Made by a program: the position numbers and the translations under genes. The notes beneath the pieces are model-generated. The model did not search any database and had not been told where the DNA came from. It worked only from the letters and a program-made list of their open reading frames with translations. Below are positions 31,288-42,208 of a stretch of 64,000 bases of DNA, piece by piece (the stretch's first letter is position 1; the number at the start of each line of letters is the position of its first letter). This DNA comes from Deltaproteobacteria bacterium (GTDB lineage: Bacteria > CG2-30-53-67), in NCBI GenBank assembly GCA_013151235.1, contig JAADIO010000022.1:4256-68255 (forward strand), written 5' to 3'.

Positions 31288-32565
31288 ATGAAAATTCTGG
31301 TGACCGGTTCAGGCGGCAGGGAACATGCTCTGGTCTGGAAAATCGCTCAGAGCCCGAAGGTTGAGAAGATCTACTGTGCGCCGGGGAACGGCGGGATCGA
31401 GGCTCTGGCGGAATGCGTTCCGATCGGGGCGGAAGAGATTGATCAACTCCTCGCTTTCGCCCGGAAAAAGGAAATCGATCTGACCGTAACCGGCCCGGAA
31501 GCACCGCTCACTCACGGGATCGTCAATCGCTTTGAGGAGGCCGGGCTTCCCATCTTCGGCCCCCGGAAAGAGGCGGCGATCCTGGAAGGAAGCAAAAAGT
31601 TCACGAAGGACTTCCTGAAACGTCATCACATCCCGACGGCGGCCTACGCATGTTTTCAGGATGCACAAGCCGCCATCGACTACATTCATCAACAGGGCAT
31701 CCCGATCGTGGTCAAGGCAGACGGCCTGGCCGCAGGCAAGGGGGTCTTCGTCGCGCAGAACGAAGAGGAGGCAATCGCCGCCGTCCGGACGGTGATGGAA
31801 GACAAAAAATTCGGCGATGCCGGAGAAACCCTCGTGGTGGAGGAGTGTCTCGTCGGGGAGGAGGCCTCTTTCATGGTCTTCTCCGACGGGAAGACGGTCG
31901 TCCCCATGGTCTCTTCCCAGGACCACAAACAGATCTTTGACGGAGATACCGGACCGAACACGGGTGGTATGGGCGCCTATTCCCCGGCACCGGTGATCCA
32001 GGGCCGGACCTCGGAGATCATGGAAAACATCATGATCCCCACGATCCGGGGAATGGAAGAAGAAGGTCGTCCCTTCCGGGGTGTCCTTTACGCGGGCCTG
32101 ATGATGACCGATACCGGCCCCCAGGTCCTGGAATTTAACGTTCGCTTCGGAGATCCCGAGGCACAACCGATCCTCTTTCGCCTGAAGACGGACCTGATCG
32201 AGATCATGGAAGCAATCGGGAAAAAACGGCTCCATGAATGCCGGATCGAGTGGAGCAACGATTCCACCGCATGTGTTGTCCTGGCCTCGGACGGCTATCC
32301 CGGCACCTACGAAAAGGGAAAGGTGATTACCGGCCTGTCCGATCTTCCGGACTCCTCCGACCTTTTTGTCTTCCATGCCGGGACCGAAAGAGCGGGAGAA
32401 CGGATTCTGACCGCAGGCGGCCGGGTTCTCAGCGTAACAGCCTCGGGGCAGGACCTCCCTGCGGCGCTGGGCCGTGCCTACGACACCGTCCACCGAATTG
32501 ATTTTCCAGGGAAATATTTCCGTACCGACATCGGCCGGAAAGGACTGGACCGGCAAACCGATTGA
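31288..32565 (+). CDS. purD: phosphoribosylamine--glycine ligase
   Basis: Start [15 protein letters not shown]; ATP-grasp; 426 aa. Confidence 0.9.
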   Translation: MKILVTGSGGREHALVWKIAQSPKVEKIYCAPGNGGIEALAECVPIGAEEIDQLLAFARKKEIDLTVTGPEAPLTHGIVNRFEEAGLPIFGPRKEAAILEGSKKFTKDFLKRHHIPTAAYACFQDAQAAIDYIHQQGIPIVVKADGLAAGKGVFVAQNEEEAIAAVRTVMEDKKFGDAGETLVVEECLVGEEASFMVFSDGKTVVPMVSSQDHKQIFDGDTGPNTGGMGAYSPAPVIQGRTSEIMENIMIPTIRGMEEEGRPFRGVLYAGLMMTDTGPQVLEFNVRFGDPEAQPILFRLKTDLIEIMEAIGKKRLHECRIEWSNDSTACVVLASDGYPGTYEKGKVITGLSDLPDSSDLFVFHAGTERAGERILTAGGRVLSVTASGQDLPAALGRAYDTVHRIDFPGKYFRTDIGRKGLDRQTD

Positions 32566-32575
32566 AAGGAAACTA

Positions 32576-33076
32576 ATGACCCAGCCACTGGTCGCCATTG
32601 TCATGGGGAGTGATTCGGACCTCCCGGTTGTGAAAGAAACCATCTCCATCCTGAAGGCCTTTGAGGTTCCCTGCGAGGTGCGGGTCATTTCCGCCCACCG
32701 CACACCGGATCTTGCCACCGATTTTGCCGGGAAGGCCGCCGGTCGGGGAATTCAGGTCATTATCGCAGCAGCCGGCGGTGCGGCCCATCTTGCCGGAGTC
32801 CTGGCGGCAGGCACTCTGCTTCCCGTGATCGGCGTCCCTATCCCCTCCTCTTCCCTGCAAGGGCTGGATGCCCTGCTTTCCACGGTCCAGATGCCGGGCG
32901 GAGTCCCGGTGGCTACCATGGGAATCGGGAACGGCGGGGCAAAGAACGCCGGTCTGCTGGCCATTCGTATTCTTGCCCTGGAAAACGGAGATCTACGCGA
33001 AGCATTGAAGGAATACCGGGCGACACAGCATAAAAAGGTGGAAGAAGCCGACCAACGTGTAAGGGACCTGGGATGA
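32576..33076 (+). CDS. purE: N5-carboxyaminoimidazole ribonucleotide mutase
   Basis: Start [18 protein letters not shown]; PurE signature. Confidence 0.9.
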   Translation: MTQPLVAIVMGSDSDLPVVKETISILKAFEVPCEVRVISAHRTPDLATDFAGKAAGRGIQVIIAAAGGAAHLAGVLAAGTLLPVIGVPIPSSSLQGLDALLSTVQMPGGVPVATMGIGNGGAKNAGLLAIRILALENGDLREALKEYRATQHKKVEEADQRVRDLG

Positions 33077-34692
33077 AGGGCGGACTGCTGCTCTCTTTTC
33101 TTTTCCTGCTCCTCTTTCCGGTTACCGCCTCCGGCGCAGATGCGGTGGTTTCAGGAGAGGAGGCGCTCCTTTCCCCGGATCGTATCCAACAACTCCTGAA
33201 ACAGAATGAAGTTCCCCTCTCCCTGCAGGCCTGTCTGCAACTTGCCCTGAAGAACAACCTGGAAATCGCCATTGAACGCATTAACCCGGCCATGAGCCGG
33301 CAACGGGTCGAGCAGGCAAAATCAGACTTTGATCCGGTTGTTTCTCTGACTTTATCGAAGGACCGATCCGTCCGGCAGGTCGGCTCCGCCCTGGCCCTTC
33401 CTTCTCAAAATGAACGGGAAGATCTCAAAATGGATGCCGGGATTTCCGGGAAGTGGGTCACCGGAACGGAAACGGAACTGCATTTTACCAGTAACCGCAA
33501 CATAACCAACTCCATCTTTGCCGGCCTTAACCCCTCCTACTCCTCGGAATTGATCCTCTCCCTGACGCAGCCGCTGCTGAAGGACTTCGGGATCTCCGCC
33601 AACACAACCGCTCTCCGGATCGCCTCGAACAATGAGACGATCTCCCAATACCGGTTCGCCGATCAGGTCATGCGGATTCTTTACAATGTGGAATCGGCCT
33701 ATTGGGAACTGGTCTATGCAAAAGATGCCCTGCAGGTCGCTGAGAAATCGTTGAAACGATCGGAAGATTTCCTGAAATTAACGGAAGGGAAGGTGAACGT
33801 CGGGCTGCTCCCCAAGGTGGAGGTCCTGTATGCCGAAGCGGAACAAGCCGCCCGGAAGGAGGGAGTCATCTCCGCCCGGGACAGACTGCAGGATGACGAG
33901 GATCTGCTCCGCAGACTTCTGAACCTTTCAGACATGGAAAACTACTGGGAAATTCATCTGGTGCCCACCGATTCGCCCCGGATCGAACCGGTCAAATCCA
34001 ATCTGACGAGAGAACTGCAGGAGGGTCTGAAACACCGTCCGGACCTGAATCAGGCCCGGATGGACCTGGAGAACCGGAAGATCCGGTTTCGCTATACCCG
34101 GAATCAACTCCTCCCCAGAGTTGACCTGATCGGCTCCCTCGGTCTCAGCGGGCTGGCCGGCAAAGCACTGCCGCAGCAGGATTTTCAGGACCCGACAAAG
34201 ACCGTCCTCAGCCCCTTCAACGGCAACTACAACGATTCTCTGAAAGAATTGGAAAGCGGCGGCAACTACTCTTACTCCCTCGGGATTCAGGTCACCTACC
34301 CCCTGGGAAACCGGGAGGCCAAAAGCAAAATGGTCCTGGCCCGGTTGAAAAAACGGCAGGCCCTTTTCGGCCTCAGGGATCTGGAAAACCGGGTGATACA
34401 GGAGATACGGGAGGCCTACCGGCAGATCCGGACAAACCGGAAAAGGATCGCCGCAACGGAAGCGGCACGGAAGCTCGCCGGGGAACGGCTCAAAAGCGAA
34501 ACCCGCCGCTTCAAATTAGGGATGGCCACCAGTCATGATGTTCTGGAAGATCAGGAGAAATTCGCCCTCGCCCAACGCAATGAACTCCAGGCTCGAATCG
34601 ATTACCGAACCTCCCGTGTCAACCTCGAACGGGTCAAGGGAACGCTGCTTGCGTACAAGGGGATCATCCTGGAGCCGGGCGGCTCACGATGA
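33073..34692 (+). CDS. TolC-family outer membrane efflux protein
   Basis: 539 aa, signal peptide, two OEP repeats; ATGA overlap with purE. Confidence 0.8.
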   Translation: MKGGLLLSFLFLLLFPVTASGADAVVSGEEALLSPDRIQQLLKQNEVPLSLQACLQLALKNNLEIAIERINPAMSRQRVEQAKSDFDPVVSLTLSKDRSVRQVGSALALPSQNEREDLKMDAGISGKWVTGTETELHFTSNRNITNSIFAGLNPSYSSELILSLTQPLLKDFGISANTTALRIASNNETISQYRFADQVMRILYNVESAYWELVYAKDALQVAEKSLKRSEDFLKLTEGKVNVGLLPKVEVLYAEAEQAARKEGVISARDRLQDDEDLLRRLLNLSDMENYWEIHLVPTDSPRIEPVKSNLTRELQEGLKHRPDLNQARMDLENRKIRFRYTRNQLLPRVDLIGSLGLSGLAGKALPQQDFQDPTKTVLSPFNGNYNDSLKELESGGNYSYSLGIQVTYPLGNREAKSKMVLARLKKRQALFGLRDLENRVIQEIREAYRQIRTNRKRIAATEAARKLAGERLKSETRRFKLGMATSHDVLEDQEKFALAQRNELQARIDYRTSRVNLERVKGTLLAYKGIILEPGGSR

Positions 34693-35445
34693 CAGACGTC
34701 TTCCTTCCCGGTTGAAGAGTGCGTTTCGCAGAAGGCCGATACGGTGGAGACGAAACAGGATCCCGGTCTTCAGGACGCCCAGACCATAGGTGACGCTCCG
34801 GGAGAAATTGATCGATGAGGCCTCTTCAAAATATTTTGTGGGACAGGTAATCTCGGCAATCGAATAGCCGAAATAGATGATCTGGGCCAGCATCTGATTA
34901 TCGAAAACAAAATCGTCGGAATTCTCCGCCAGGGGAAGGGTCTCCAAAACCTCACGGGAGAAGGCCCGGTAGCCGGTATGATATTCCGAGAGCTTGTGGG
35001 AGACCAGGAGATTCTCTACCGCCGTCAGGAAACGGTTGCTCATGTATTTGTAGAGCGGCATCCCCCCCCGGAGCGCACCAACGCCCAGGATGCGTGATCC
35101 CAGGACGACATCATAAAGCCCCTCGGCAATCAGGGAAGACATGGCCGTGATCAGCTTGGGGGTATACTGGTAATCGGGATGAAGCATTACCACGATATCC
35201 GCACCCAACTTCAGCGCCTCGGTGTAGCAGGTCTTCTGGTTTCCCCCGTAACCGAGGTTCGCGTGATGCTGAAAGGTCCGGATCCCCAGACGCTTCGCCA
35301 CCTCCAGGGTCCGGTCCGAACTCTTGTCGTCCACCAGGAGGACTTCATCCACAATATCGTGGGGGATCTCATCATAGGTCGCCTCCAATGTCTTTTCAGC
35401 GTTATAGGCCGGCAGGACCACGACAATTTTTTTATGATTCAGCAA
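34684..35445 (-). CDS. GT2 glycosyltransferase (polyprenyl-phosphate sugar synthase-like)
   Basis: VVLPAYNAE...[10 protein letters not shown]...DxD-type GT-A fold motifs. Confidence 0.85.
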   Translation of the reverse strand: MLNHKKIVVVLPAYNAEKTLEATYDEIPHDIVDEVLLVDDKSSDRTLEVAKRLGIRTFQHHANLGYGGNQKTCYTEALKLGADIVVMLHPDYQYTPKLITAMSSLIAEGLYDVVLGSRILGVGALRGGMPLYKYMSNRFLTAVENLLVSHKLSEYHTGYRAFSREVLETLPLAENSDDFVFDNQMLAQIIYFGYSIAEITCPTKYFEEASSINFSRSVTYGLGVLKTGILFRLHRIGLLRNALFNREGRRLSS

Positions 35446-35532
35446 GGTCGCCTCCTTTCAGTGATTGATACACAAAAACTAAGTGGTCGCGTTCATGGCT
35501 GTACTTCATGGTTGTGTTCCTTGATTCAAGAT

Positions 35533-35713
35533 TGATGGTGTCGTAAAAAGTCACGAAGCCCTTCGACCCTTCGGCCGGCTCAGGACAGGCCCGCTCAGGG
35601 CGAACGGTGTAAGTTATTGATATTCCGTTCGTGTGGTTCGGCCGACTCACCATGCTCGGTAGCCTGTCGAACCATGAACGGAATCCGGAAAATGACTTTT
35701 TACGACTTCATCA
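35533..35713. mobile_element. MITE-like element copy B (181 bp, ~20-bp TIRs, 4-bp TSD AGAT)
   Basis: TGATGGTGTCGTAAAAAGTC ... GACTTTTTACGACTTCATCA flanked by AGAT (35529-35532 and 35714-35717); shares the core CAGGGCGAACGGTGTAAGT.ATTGATATTCCGTTCGTGTGGTTCGGCCG with copy A. Confidence 0.7.
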
Positions 35714-35745
35714 AGATTATTCATGGCCGAGATTTTCCCGGCACC

Positions 35746-37071
35746 TTATTCCACGATCGCTCCTACGAGATCATAGGTATGGGCGTCGGTGATCCGGACA
35801 TCATAGAACTCTCCCACCTCGGCATTCCCCTCGTTGATCAGTACCTGCCCGTCGATCTCCGGCGCCTGTCCATAGTATCGGCCGGCAAGGAGCAGATCGG
35901 TCTCGGAAGAATGTCCTTCCACGAGGACTTCGAGAGTCCGGCCGATCCGTTCCTCATTCCGTTCTCCGGAGATCCCCGCCTGTATCTCCATCAGGATTCC
36001 CCGGCGCTCTTTTCGCACTTCCGGCGGGACCGGGTCGGGGAGCAATGCCGCGGAAGTTCCTTCTTCCCGGGAATATTCAAAGACCCCTACATGATGGAAG
36101 CGAACCTCCCGGACAAAATCGCAGAGAGTATGAAAATCCCCTTCTCCCTCGCCGGGAAATCCGACGATCAGGCTGGTTCGCAGAACCACGTCGGGAAGGA
36201 TCTCCCGCACCTTCCCGATCCGACGGTACAAATCCTCCGCCGTTACCTTCCGGTGCATCTTCTTGAGGATCGGGTCGCTGATGTGCTGAACCGGCAGATC
36301 GAGATAGGGCAGAACCTTCTTCTCCGAGGCAACGAACCCGATCAGTTCATCCGAGAGATGGTCGGGGTGGAGATACATGAGACGGATCCACCGCACTCCC
36401 TCGATGCCGGAAAGTTCCTGCAGCAGGACCGGCAAAGCATTCGGTTCACCCCGGTCGGACCCGAACCGGGTGATGTCCTGACCGATCACGATCAGTTCCC
36501 GCACCCCCTGATCGACCAACCCCTTCGCCTCTTCGATCAATTCCGAGCGATCCCGGCTCCGGTGGGGTCCCCGGATCAAGGGAATCGTGCAGTAACTGCA
36601 CCGATGGCTGCACCCCTCGGAGATCTTCAGGTAGGCGGTATAAAAAGGGGTCAGGAGGGTCCGTGCAACGGGAGCATGATCCGGCTCCTCCGTCATACCG
36701 CTTCCCTCTTCGTGTAGAATCCGGTCGATCCCGGCCACAATCCGACTTTCCTCGGAAAGAGTCAGAAAGGCATCGACCTCGGGGATCTCCTTTTCCAGTT
36801 CCGCCCGGTACCGCTCCGCCAGGCAGCCGGTCACAATCACCCCCTCAAGATCCCCCGCCTCTTTCCGGCGGCAGTATTCAAGGATCGTGTCGATCGACTC
36901 CTCCCGGGCGGATTCAATAAAACCGCAGGTGTTGATCAGGATCAGATCCGCTTCACGCTCATCTCCCGTCAGTCTATAGCCGGCTTTGCGCAGACGGCCC
37001 GCCATCTCCTCACTGTCAACCAGATTTTTCGGGCAGCCCAGAGAGATCAGGCCGATTTTTTTTACACTCAT
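35746..37071 (-). CDS. rimO: ribosomal protein S12 methylthiotransferase (radical SAM, MiaB-family)
   Basis: KIGLISLGCPKNLVDSE N-terminus, radical-SAM CxxxCxxC (CSHRCSYC), C-terminal TRAM domain. Confidence 0.85.
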   Translation of the reverse strand: MSVKKIGLISLGCPKNLVDSEEMAGRLRKAGYRLTGDEREADLILINTCGFIESAREESIDTILEYCRRKEAGDLEGVIVTGCLAERYRAELEKEIPEVDAFLTLSEESRIVAGIDRILHEEGSGMTEEPDHAPVARTLLTPFYTAYLKISEGCSHRCSYCTIPLIRGPHRSRDRSELIEEAKGLVDQGVRELIVIGQDITRFGSDRGEPNALPVLLQELSGIEGVRWIRLMYLHPDHLSDELIGFVASEKKVLPYLDLPVQHISDPILKKMHRKVTAEDLYRRIGKVREILPDVVLRTSLIVGFPGEGEGDFHTLCDFVREVRFHHVGVFEYSREEGTSAALLPDPVPPEVRKERRGILMEIQAGISGERNEERIGRTLEVLVEGHSSETDLLLAGRYYGQAPEIDGQVLINEGNAEVGEFYDVRITDAHTYDLVGAIVE

Positions 37072-37772
37072 GGCTGCTCGATCACCATCACACCATCGGG
37101 GACCTTGAACCGGAAAAAGGAATCAGCCAGCCCCTGGTTGATCTTCACGTTCCGAAAGTAGAGTTCCGTGACATTGCCGTAGAGGTCGTATTGATCAATC
37201 CGGCCGACATGAAAATCCTTCTTGTCGACGAAGAGGAGGATCCGGGCCAGTCCCACGGCCTTCGAATCCCTGGGCGTCAGTTGCAGGATATCCCGGGTCG
37301 ACCGGTCAAAAGCGGGGTCTTTGTTGAATGAGATGGAATAATCCTTTTCGGCGGACTTCAACCCTTCAAAAAAAACCAGGGGAGAACGGACGCCCCCCTT
37401 CCCCGAGAGTTTCACCTTCCGGGCCTGGCGGATCTCCGGAGAATACTGGATCACCTCGTCACCGTCGATAAAATACTGATCCTTCGAGGGGCTGGAATAA
37501 TCCCAACGCATCTTCCTTTTGCGCTTGAGGTAGACACGTCCCTCGGAACGCTGATCTTCCGGATAAGAAAGGATCCGCGCCACCTGAACAAAGTCGGCCT
37601 GAAAATCCTTGAGCGACCGGTAATGGGCTTCGACCCCGGCAATTACGGAAGAGAGTAACTTTCCTGCATTCCCCTCGGCAGCAACAACCCTGGGGAGGAC
37701 AACGGTCCACAACAGGATGAAGAGGAAAACCCGACAGCCTGTCTTTGAGAATCCCTTCAAAACCCGTTTCAT
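37068..37772 (-). CDS. lolA: outer-membrane lipoprotein carrier LolA-like
   Basis: 234 aa, signal peptide, LolA family; adjacent to ftsK as in many genomes. Confidence 0.7.
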   Translation of the reverse strand: MKRVLKGFSKTGCRVFLFILLWTVVLPRVVAAEGNAGKLLSSVIAGVEAHYRSLKDFQADFVQVARILSYPEDQRSEGRVYLKRKRKMRWDYSSPSKDQYFIDGDEVIQYSPEIRQARKVKLSGKGGVRSPLVFFEGLKSAEKDYSISFNKDPAFDRSTRDILQLTPRDSKAVGLARILLFVDKKDFHVGRIDQYDLYGNVTELYFRNVKINQGLADSFFRFKVPDGVMVIEQP

Positions 37773-37820
37773 TAACGAACTCCTTTTCCCCGGCTATAAA
37801 CGAATGATCTCATCTTCCAT

Positions 37821-40064
37821 TCAATTAAAATCCTTGCCGACAAGAACATCCCGGGGCCGGGCCCCGTCGGCGGGACCGACCACTCCTTCCCGTTCCATCC
37901 GCTCGATCATCCGGGCCGCCCGGTTGTAGCCGACGCGGAGCCTCCGCTGAAGCATGGAGATCGAGGCCTGCCGGCTTTCGATCACCAGGTTGACGGCCGA
38001 ATCGTAAAATTCATCATAAGGCTCTTCCTCCTCCTTCTCACCCCCGGAACGAAGTTCCGCGTTGAGGACCTCCTCGTCATATTCCGGTTTCCCCTGCCGT
38101 TTCACGAACTCCACCACCCGGCTGATATCGTCATCGGAGAGAAATGAACCGTGCAGCCGGATCAACTGCGATGAGGCCGGCGGGAGAAAGAGCATGTCCC
38201 CCTTGCCGAGGAGATGTTCTGAACCGACGGTGTCGAGAATGGTCCGGGCATCATACTTCGAGGAAACCTGGAAAGAGATCCGGGCGGGAAAGTTGGCCTT
38301 GATCACCCCGGTAATGACATCCGTTGAAGGACGCTGTGTCGCCATGATCAGGTGAATTCCCGCCGCCCGGGCCATCTGGGAAAGACGGGTAATCGCCTCC
38401 TCCACATCCCGGCCGGCGACCATCATCAGGTCGGCCAGTTCATCAATCACGATCACCAGGTAGGGCAGACGCATCGGTTTTTCCCCGGCATCCTCTGCTT
38501 CGTCCGTGTTGAGGGAGAGGGTCGACTTCTTCTTGGACCACTCTTTGATCTCCTTGTCGATGGCCCGATTAAAACCGATAATATTCCGTACCCCCTTCTC
38601 CGACAGGAGCTGATAGCGCCGTTCCATCTCTTTCACCGCCCAGAAGAGTGCCCCCGCCGCCTTCCGGGAATCGGTTACCACCGGAGCGATGAGGTGGGGG
38701 ATCCCATCGTAGATTGAAAGCTCGAGCATCTTGGGATCGACCATAATCAGCCGGACCTCCTCCGGCTTGGCATTAAAAAGAATGCTCAGGATCATCGAGT
38801 TAACGGCCACCGACTTGCCCGAGCCGGTCGCCCCGGCCACTAAAAGGTGGGGCATCCGGGCCAGGTCGTAGTGAAAGGGGTCCCCGAAAATGTTTTTGCC
38901 CATGGCGAGATTGAGGAGGCTCTTCGTTTTCCGATAAGACTCGCTGGTGAGGATATCTTTCATGTAGACATCCTCCCGATTGTTGTTGGGGATCTCAATT
39001 CCGACGGCGGGCTTTCCCGGCAGGGGCGCCACGATCCGGACCCGTATGGCCCGCATGGCCATGGCAAGGTCGTCGGCCAGATTCACGATCTTGCTCACCT
39101 TGATCCCCGGCGCAGGCTGATATTCGTACATGGTGACCACCGGCCCGGGATGGACCTCCGTCACCTGTCCATGGACCCCGAAATCGGCCAGCTTCTTTTC
39201 GAGAATCTCGGAATTCATCAGCAGCTCGTCCCGGCTCGCCTTCTTCTCCGGCTCGGGAGGATCGGCAAGGAGGGTGACCGGAGGAAGTCGATAAACCCCG
39301 TCGGTGGCATGAAAGTCAAGCTCCTCCTGGAAGGCCTCTACCCCCTTCTTGGGTTCCTTTTTTTTCGCGACCTTCGGTTTCGGCCGGTGGTTTTTGATCT
39401 CGATCTTTTTCTTCAAGACCTGGGTTTTCTGTTCCTTCTCTTTTTTGTAGAGATATTGGGTCTTCCCCTTTTCATAGAGGATCTTGAGGGTCTCTCCCCC
39501 CTTCACGGCCAGGGTCAAAAGAGAGAGGCCGGTGGTAATCATCAGTGAAATCAAAAAGAGCGTCATTAGGATCAGATAGGTCCCGGTCTTGGCGAAAAGA
39601 TGCAGCATCCCCTTCGACAGAATCGTACCGATCCACCCCCCTGCTCTGTAGAGGGTCTGCGAAAAAAAAGAGATCGAGGAGAAATGAAGACCGAGGAGGG
39701 TGGCAAGGGAAAGAACCAGGATTACGCCGCCTGTAAGGTGGAGAAGAATCTTCTGCCGCGTCCATTCCATGCTTCGGATGAGAGAAGCGGCAAAGAGGAG
39801 CATAAAAAGGGGAATCAGAAAAGCCGCCCCGCCGATAAGATTAAAAAAGAGGTCGGAGAGGTAGGAACCGACCAAACCGCCGTAATTTTGGATCTCGCCA
39901 TTTCCGGGAGTACTGAAGGAAGGATCAAAATTGTGATAGGTCAGAAGGCTGATGAGGAGAAAGACCGATGCCACCGTGCAGACGATCCCCAACCCCTCCC
40001 GAACCTTCGGGTGGTTCCGCCAGTCCTTCAGGGGTCTTCCCTCTTTTTTTGAGCCATTCTTCAC
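37821..40064 (-). CDS. ftsK: DNA translocase FtsK
   Basis: N-terminal 4-5 TM helices, linker, AAA+ motor (GATGSGKS), C-terminal gamma winged helix. Confidence 0.9.
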   Translation of the reverse strand: MKNGSKKEGRPLKDWRNHPKVREGLGIVCTVASVFLLISLLTYHNFDPSFSTPGNGEIQNYGGLVGSYLSDLFFNLIGGAAFLIPLFMLLFAASLIRSMEWTRQKILLHLTGGVILVLSLATLLGLHFSSISFFSQTLYRAGGWIGTILSKGMLHLFAKTGTYLILMTLFLISLMITTGLSLLTLAVKGGETLKILYEKGKTQYLYKKEKEQKTQVLKKKIEIKNHRPKPKVAKKKEPKKGVEAFQEELDFHATDGVYRLPPVTLLADPPEPEKKASRDELLMNSEILEKKLADFGVHGQVTEVHPGPVVTMYEYQPAPGIKVSKIVNLADDLAMAMRAIRVRIVAPLPGKPAVGIEIPNNNREDVYMKDILTSESYRKTKSLLNLAMGKNIFGDPFHYDLARMPHLLVAGATGSGKSVAVNSMILSILFNAKPEEVRLIMVDPKMLELSIYDGIPHLIAPVVTDSRKAAGALFWAVKEMERRYQLLSEKGVRNIIGFNRAIDKEIKEWSKKKSTLSLNTDEAEDAGEKPMRLPYLVIVIDELADLMMVAGRDVEEAITRLSQMARAAGIHLIMATQRPSTDVITGVIKANFPARISFQVSSKYDARTILDTVGSEHLLGKGDMLFLPPASSQLIRLHGSFLSDDDISRVVEFVKRQGKPEYDEEVLNAELRSGGEKEEEEPYDEFYDSAVNLVIESRQASISMLQRRLRVGYNRAARMIERMEREGVVGPADGARPRDVLVGKDFN

Positions 40065-40076
40065 CAGGCGTCTTCC

Positions 40077-40862
40077 TCAGACAATCCAGAAAAAGGTGAT
40101 CGCCGCAACCCCCCAGCAATAGAGGGCAAACCCCGTCAGTCCCCTGCGTACAAGAAGCGCCATCAGGATCCGTATCGCCAGCCATCCGCTGACGGCGGCC
40201 GTCATGAACCCGACGAAAAAGGCCGCTCCGGAGCCGCCTACCGTATGTCCGAGAATATCTTTTCCTTCCAGTACCACGGCACCCAGAATCGCCGGAATCG
40301 ACAGGAGGAAGGAAAACCGCGCGGCCGCACGAGCCTCGATCCTTCGATAGAGTCCGGTGGCGATGGTGGAGCCTGACCGGGAGATCCCCGGGATCACCGA
40401 GATCCCCTGCACCACTCCGATCAGGATGGCGTCCTTCACTCCGATCCCGGAAAGGGGTCGATCCGCCCTTTTCACCCGGTCGGCGGTAAAAAGGAGGAGC
40501 CCCGTCACGGCCAGCGTCCAGACCACCGTCTCAGGGGATGAGAAGAGACGCTCAAAAACATCCTTGAAAAGAACGCCGATCACCCCCGTCGGGACCGTCC
40601 CCAGCAGAATCAGCAGCCCCACCCTTCGCCATTTGGAGTCCCCTTTCCCCAAAGAGGCGGACAGAATCTTCCGGAGGTCCGCCCCGAAATAGATAAAAAC
40701 CGCAAGAAGGGTCCCCAAGTGCAGAACCACATCAAAGGCAAGATTCGGATCTGTAAAATGGAGCAGGTGCTGCACGATCACCAGGTGCCCGGAACTGCTC
40801 ACCGGAAGAAACTCCGTCAGTCCTTGCACCAGTCCGAGAATAGCCGCATTGAGGAGCGTCAT
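40077..40862 (-). CDS. uppP: undecaprenyl-diphosphate phosphatase
   Basis: GLTEFLPVSSSGHL, SRSGSTI BacA motifs. Confidence 0.9.
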   Translation of the reverse strand: MTLLNAAILGLVQGLTEFLPVSSSGHLVIVQHLLHFTDPNLAFDVVLHLGTLLAVFIYFGADLRKILSASLGKGDSKWRRVGLLILLGTVPTGVIGVLFKDVFERLFSSPETVVWTLAVTGLLLFTADRVKRADRPLSGIGVKDAILIGVVQGISVIPGISRSGSTIATGLYRRIEARAAARFSFLLSIPAILGAVVLEGKDILGHTVGGSGAAFFVGFMTAAVSGWLAIRILMALLVRRGLTGFALYCWGVAAITFFWIV

Positions 40863-40896
40863 GTCAATCTCCTGATTATCAAAAGGGCCTGAACCC

Positions 40897-42156
40897 TCAT
40901 TGCTGCAAAATTGGAGGAATCGACTCGCCGGCCATCAATTCCTCCACCGTCTCCCGCTTCCGGACGATATGGTATTGCCCCCCTGAAACGAGGACCTCCG
41001 GCACGCGGGGCCGCGTATTGTAGTTCGAGGACATGACGAAACCGTATCCCCCGACGGACATGACAGCCATGAGGTCGCCCTGCTCATAGGGCTGAATCTC
41101 CCGATCCTGTGCGAGGAAATCCCCGGACTCGCAGATCGGGCCGACCACATCGGCGGTAATGTTTTCCGTAATCTTTCGTTCCACCGCCTGGAGCCGGTGA
41201 TAGGCCTGATACAGGCTCGGCCGGGCCAGATCGTTCATCCCGGCATCGACGATGATGAACTTCCGGCCGAGATTCTCCTTGGTATAACGAACCCGGGTCA
41301 CCAGAATCCCGGCATTGCCGACAATCACCCGGCCCGGCTCAAAGATCATCGTACAGTCCAGCTCCTGCGTATGCCGGATCAACGCCCGGCCGTACTCCGT
41401 GGGATGGGGCGGCTCCTCTTCGTCGTAACTGATCCCGAGCCCCCCGCCCAGATCGAAGTAGCGGATCGCGATCCCCTCGGCCTTCAGCGCCCCGATCAAC
41501 CCCTTTACCCTCTCCACGGCGGCGAGAAAAGGGGCCATCTCCGTCAGTTGGGAACCGATATGACAATCAACGCCGATCGGCTCCACATGGTCAAGCTCCA
41601 CCGCCAGCCGATAGGCCGAACCCGCCTCTTCGATGGGAATACCGAACTTGTTCCGTTTCAATCCCGTCGAGATGTAGGGGTGGGTTTTCGGATCGACATC
41701 GGGATTCACCCGGAAAGCAACGGGCGCCGTCTTGCCCATCGATCCGGCAACCCGGTCAATCTCACGCAACTCCGGAAGGGATTCGACATTGAAGAGGAGG
41801 ATCCCCGCCTCAAGGGCCGCCCGGATCTCCTCCGTCCCCTTACCGACACCGGAAAAAACAACCTTGCCCGGATCTCCTCCGGCCCGGAGAACCCGGATCA
41901 ATTCCCCGCCGGAGACAATATCGAAACCGCTCCCTAACCGGGCAAAAAGAGCAAGGACCGCCAGGTTGGAATTCGCCTTCACGGAATAACAGATCCGATG
42001 CGGCGTCCCCTTGAGTGCCTTTTCAAAGGCCAGATAGTGCCGCTCCAGGGTGGCCGTACTGTATAGATAGAACGGGGTGCCGACCGCCTCTGCGATCTCG
42101 CGGACCGGGACATCCTCACAATAGAACTGATCCCCCCGATACTTGAAATGATGCAT
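40897..42156 (-). CDS. lysA: diaminopimelate decarboxylase
   Basis: PLP-dependent fold III decarboxylase, YSVKAN motif. Confidence 0.9.
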   Translation of the reverse strand: MHHFKYRGDQFYCEDVPVREIAEAVGTPFYLYSTATLERHYLAFEKALKGTPHRICYSVKANSNLAVLALFARLGSGFDIVSGGELIRVLRAGGDPGKVVFSGVGKGTEEIRAALEAGILLFNVESLPELREIDRVAGSMGKTAPVAFRVNPDVDPKTHPYISTGLKRNKFGIPIEEAGSAYRLAVELDHVEPIGVDCHIGSQLTEMAPFLAAVERVKGLIGALKAEGIAIRYFDLGGGLGISYDEEEPPHPTEYGRALIRHTQELDCTMIFEPGRVIVGNAGILVTRVRYTKENLGRKFIIVDAGMNDLARPSLYQAYHRLQAVERKITENITADVVGPICESGDFLAQDREIQPYEQGDLMAVMSVGGYGFVMSSNYNTRPRVPEVLVSGGQYHIVRKRETVEELMAGESIPPILQQ

Positions 42157-42208
42157 GAAATCCCTTTTGAATTTGATTCAACACCGGCTTTTTTCGAAGC
42201 CGGTTTCT

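Noticed and set aside
31309-32718. 469-aa minus-strand ORF antisense to purD/purE
   Set aside because: Shadow ORF with no stop codons by chance in GC-rich DNA. purD and purE are clear.
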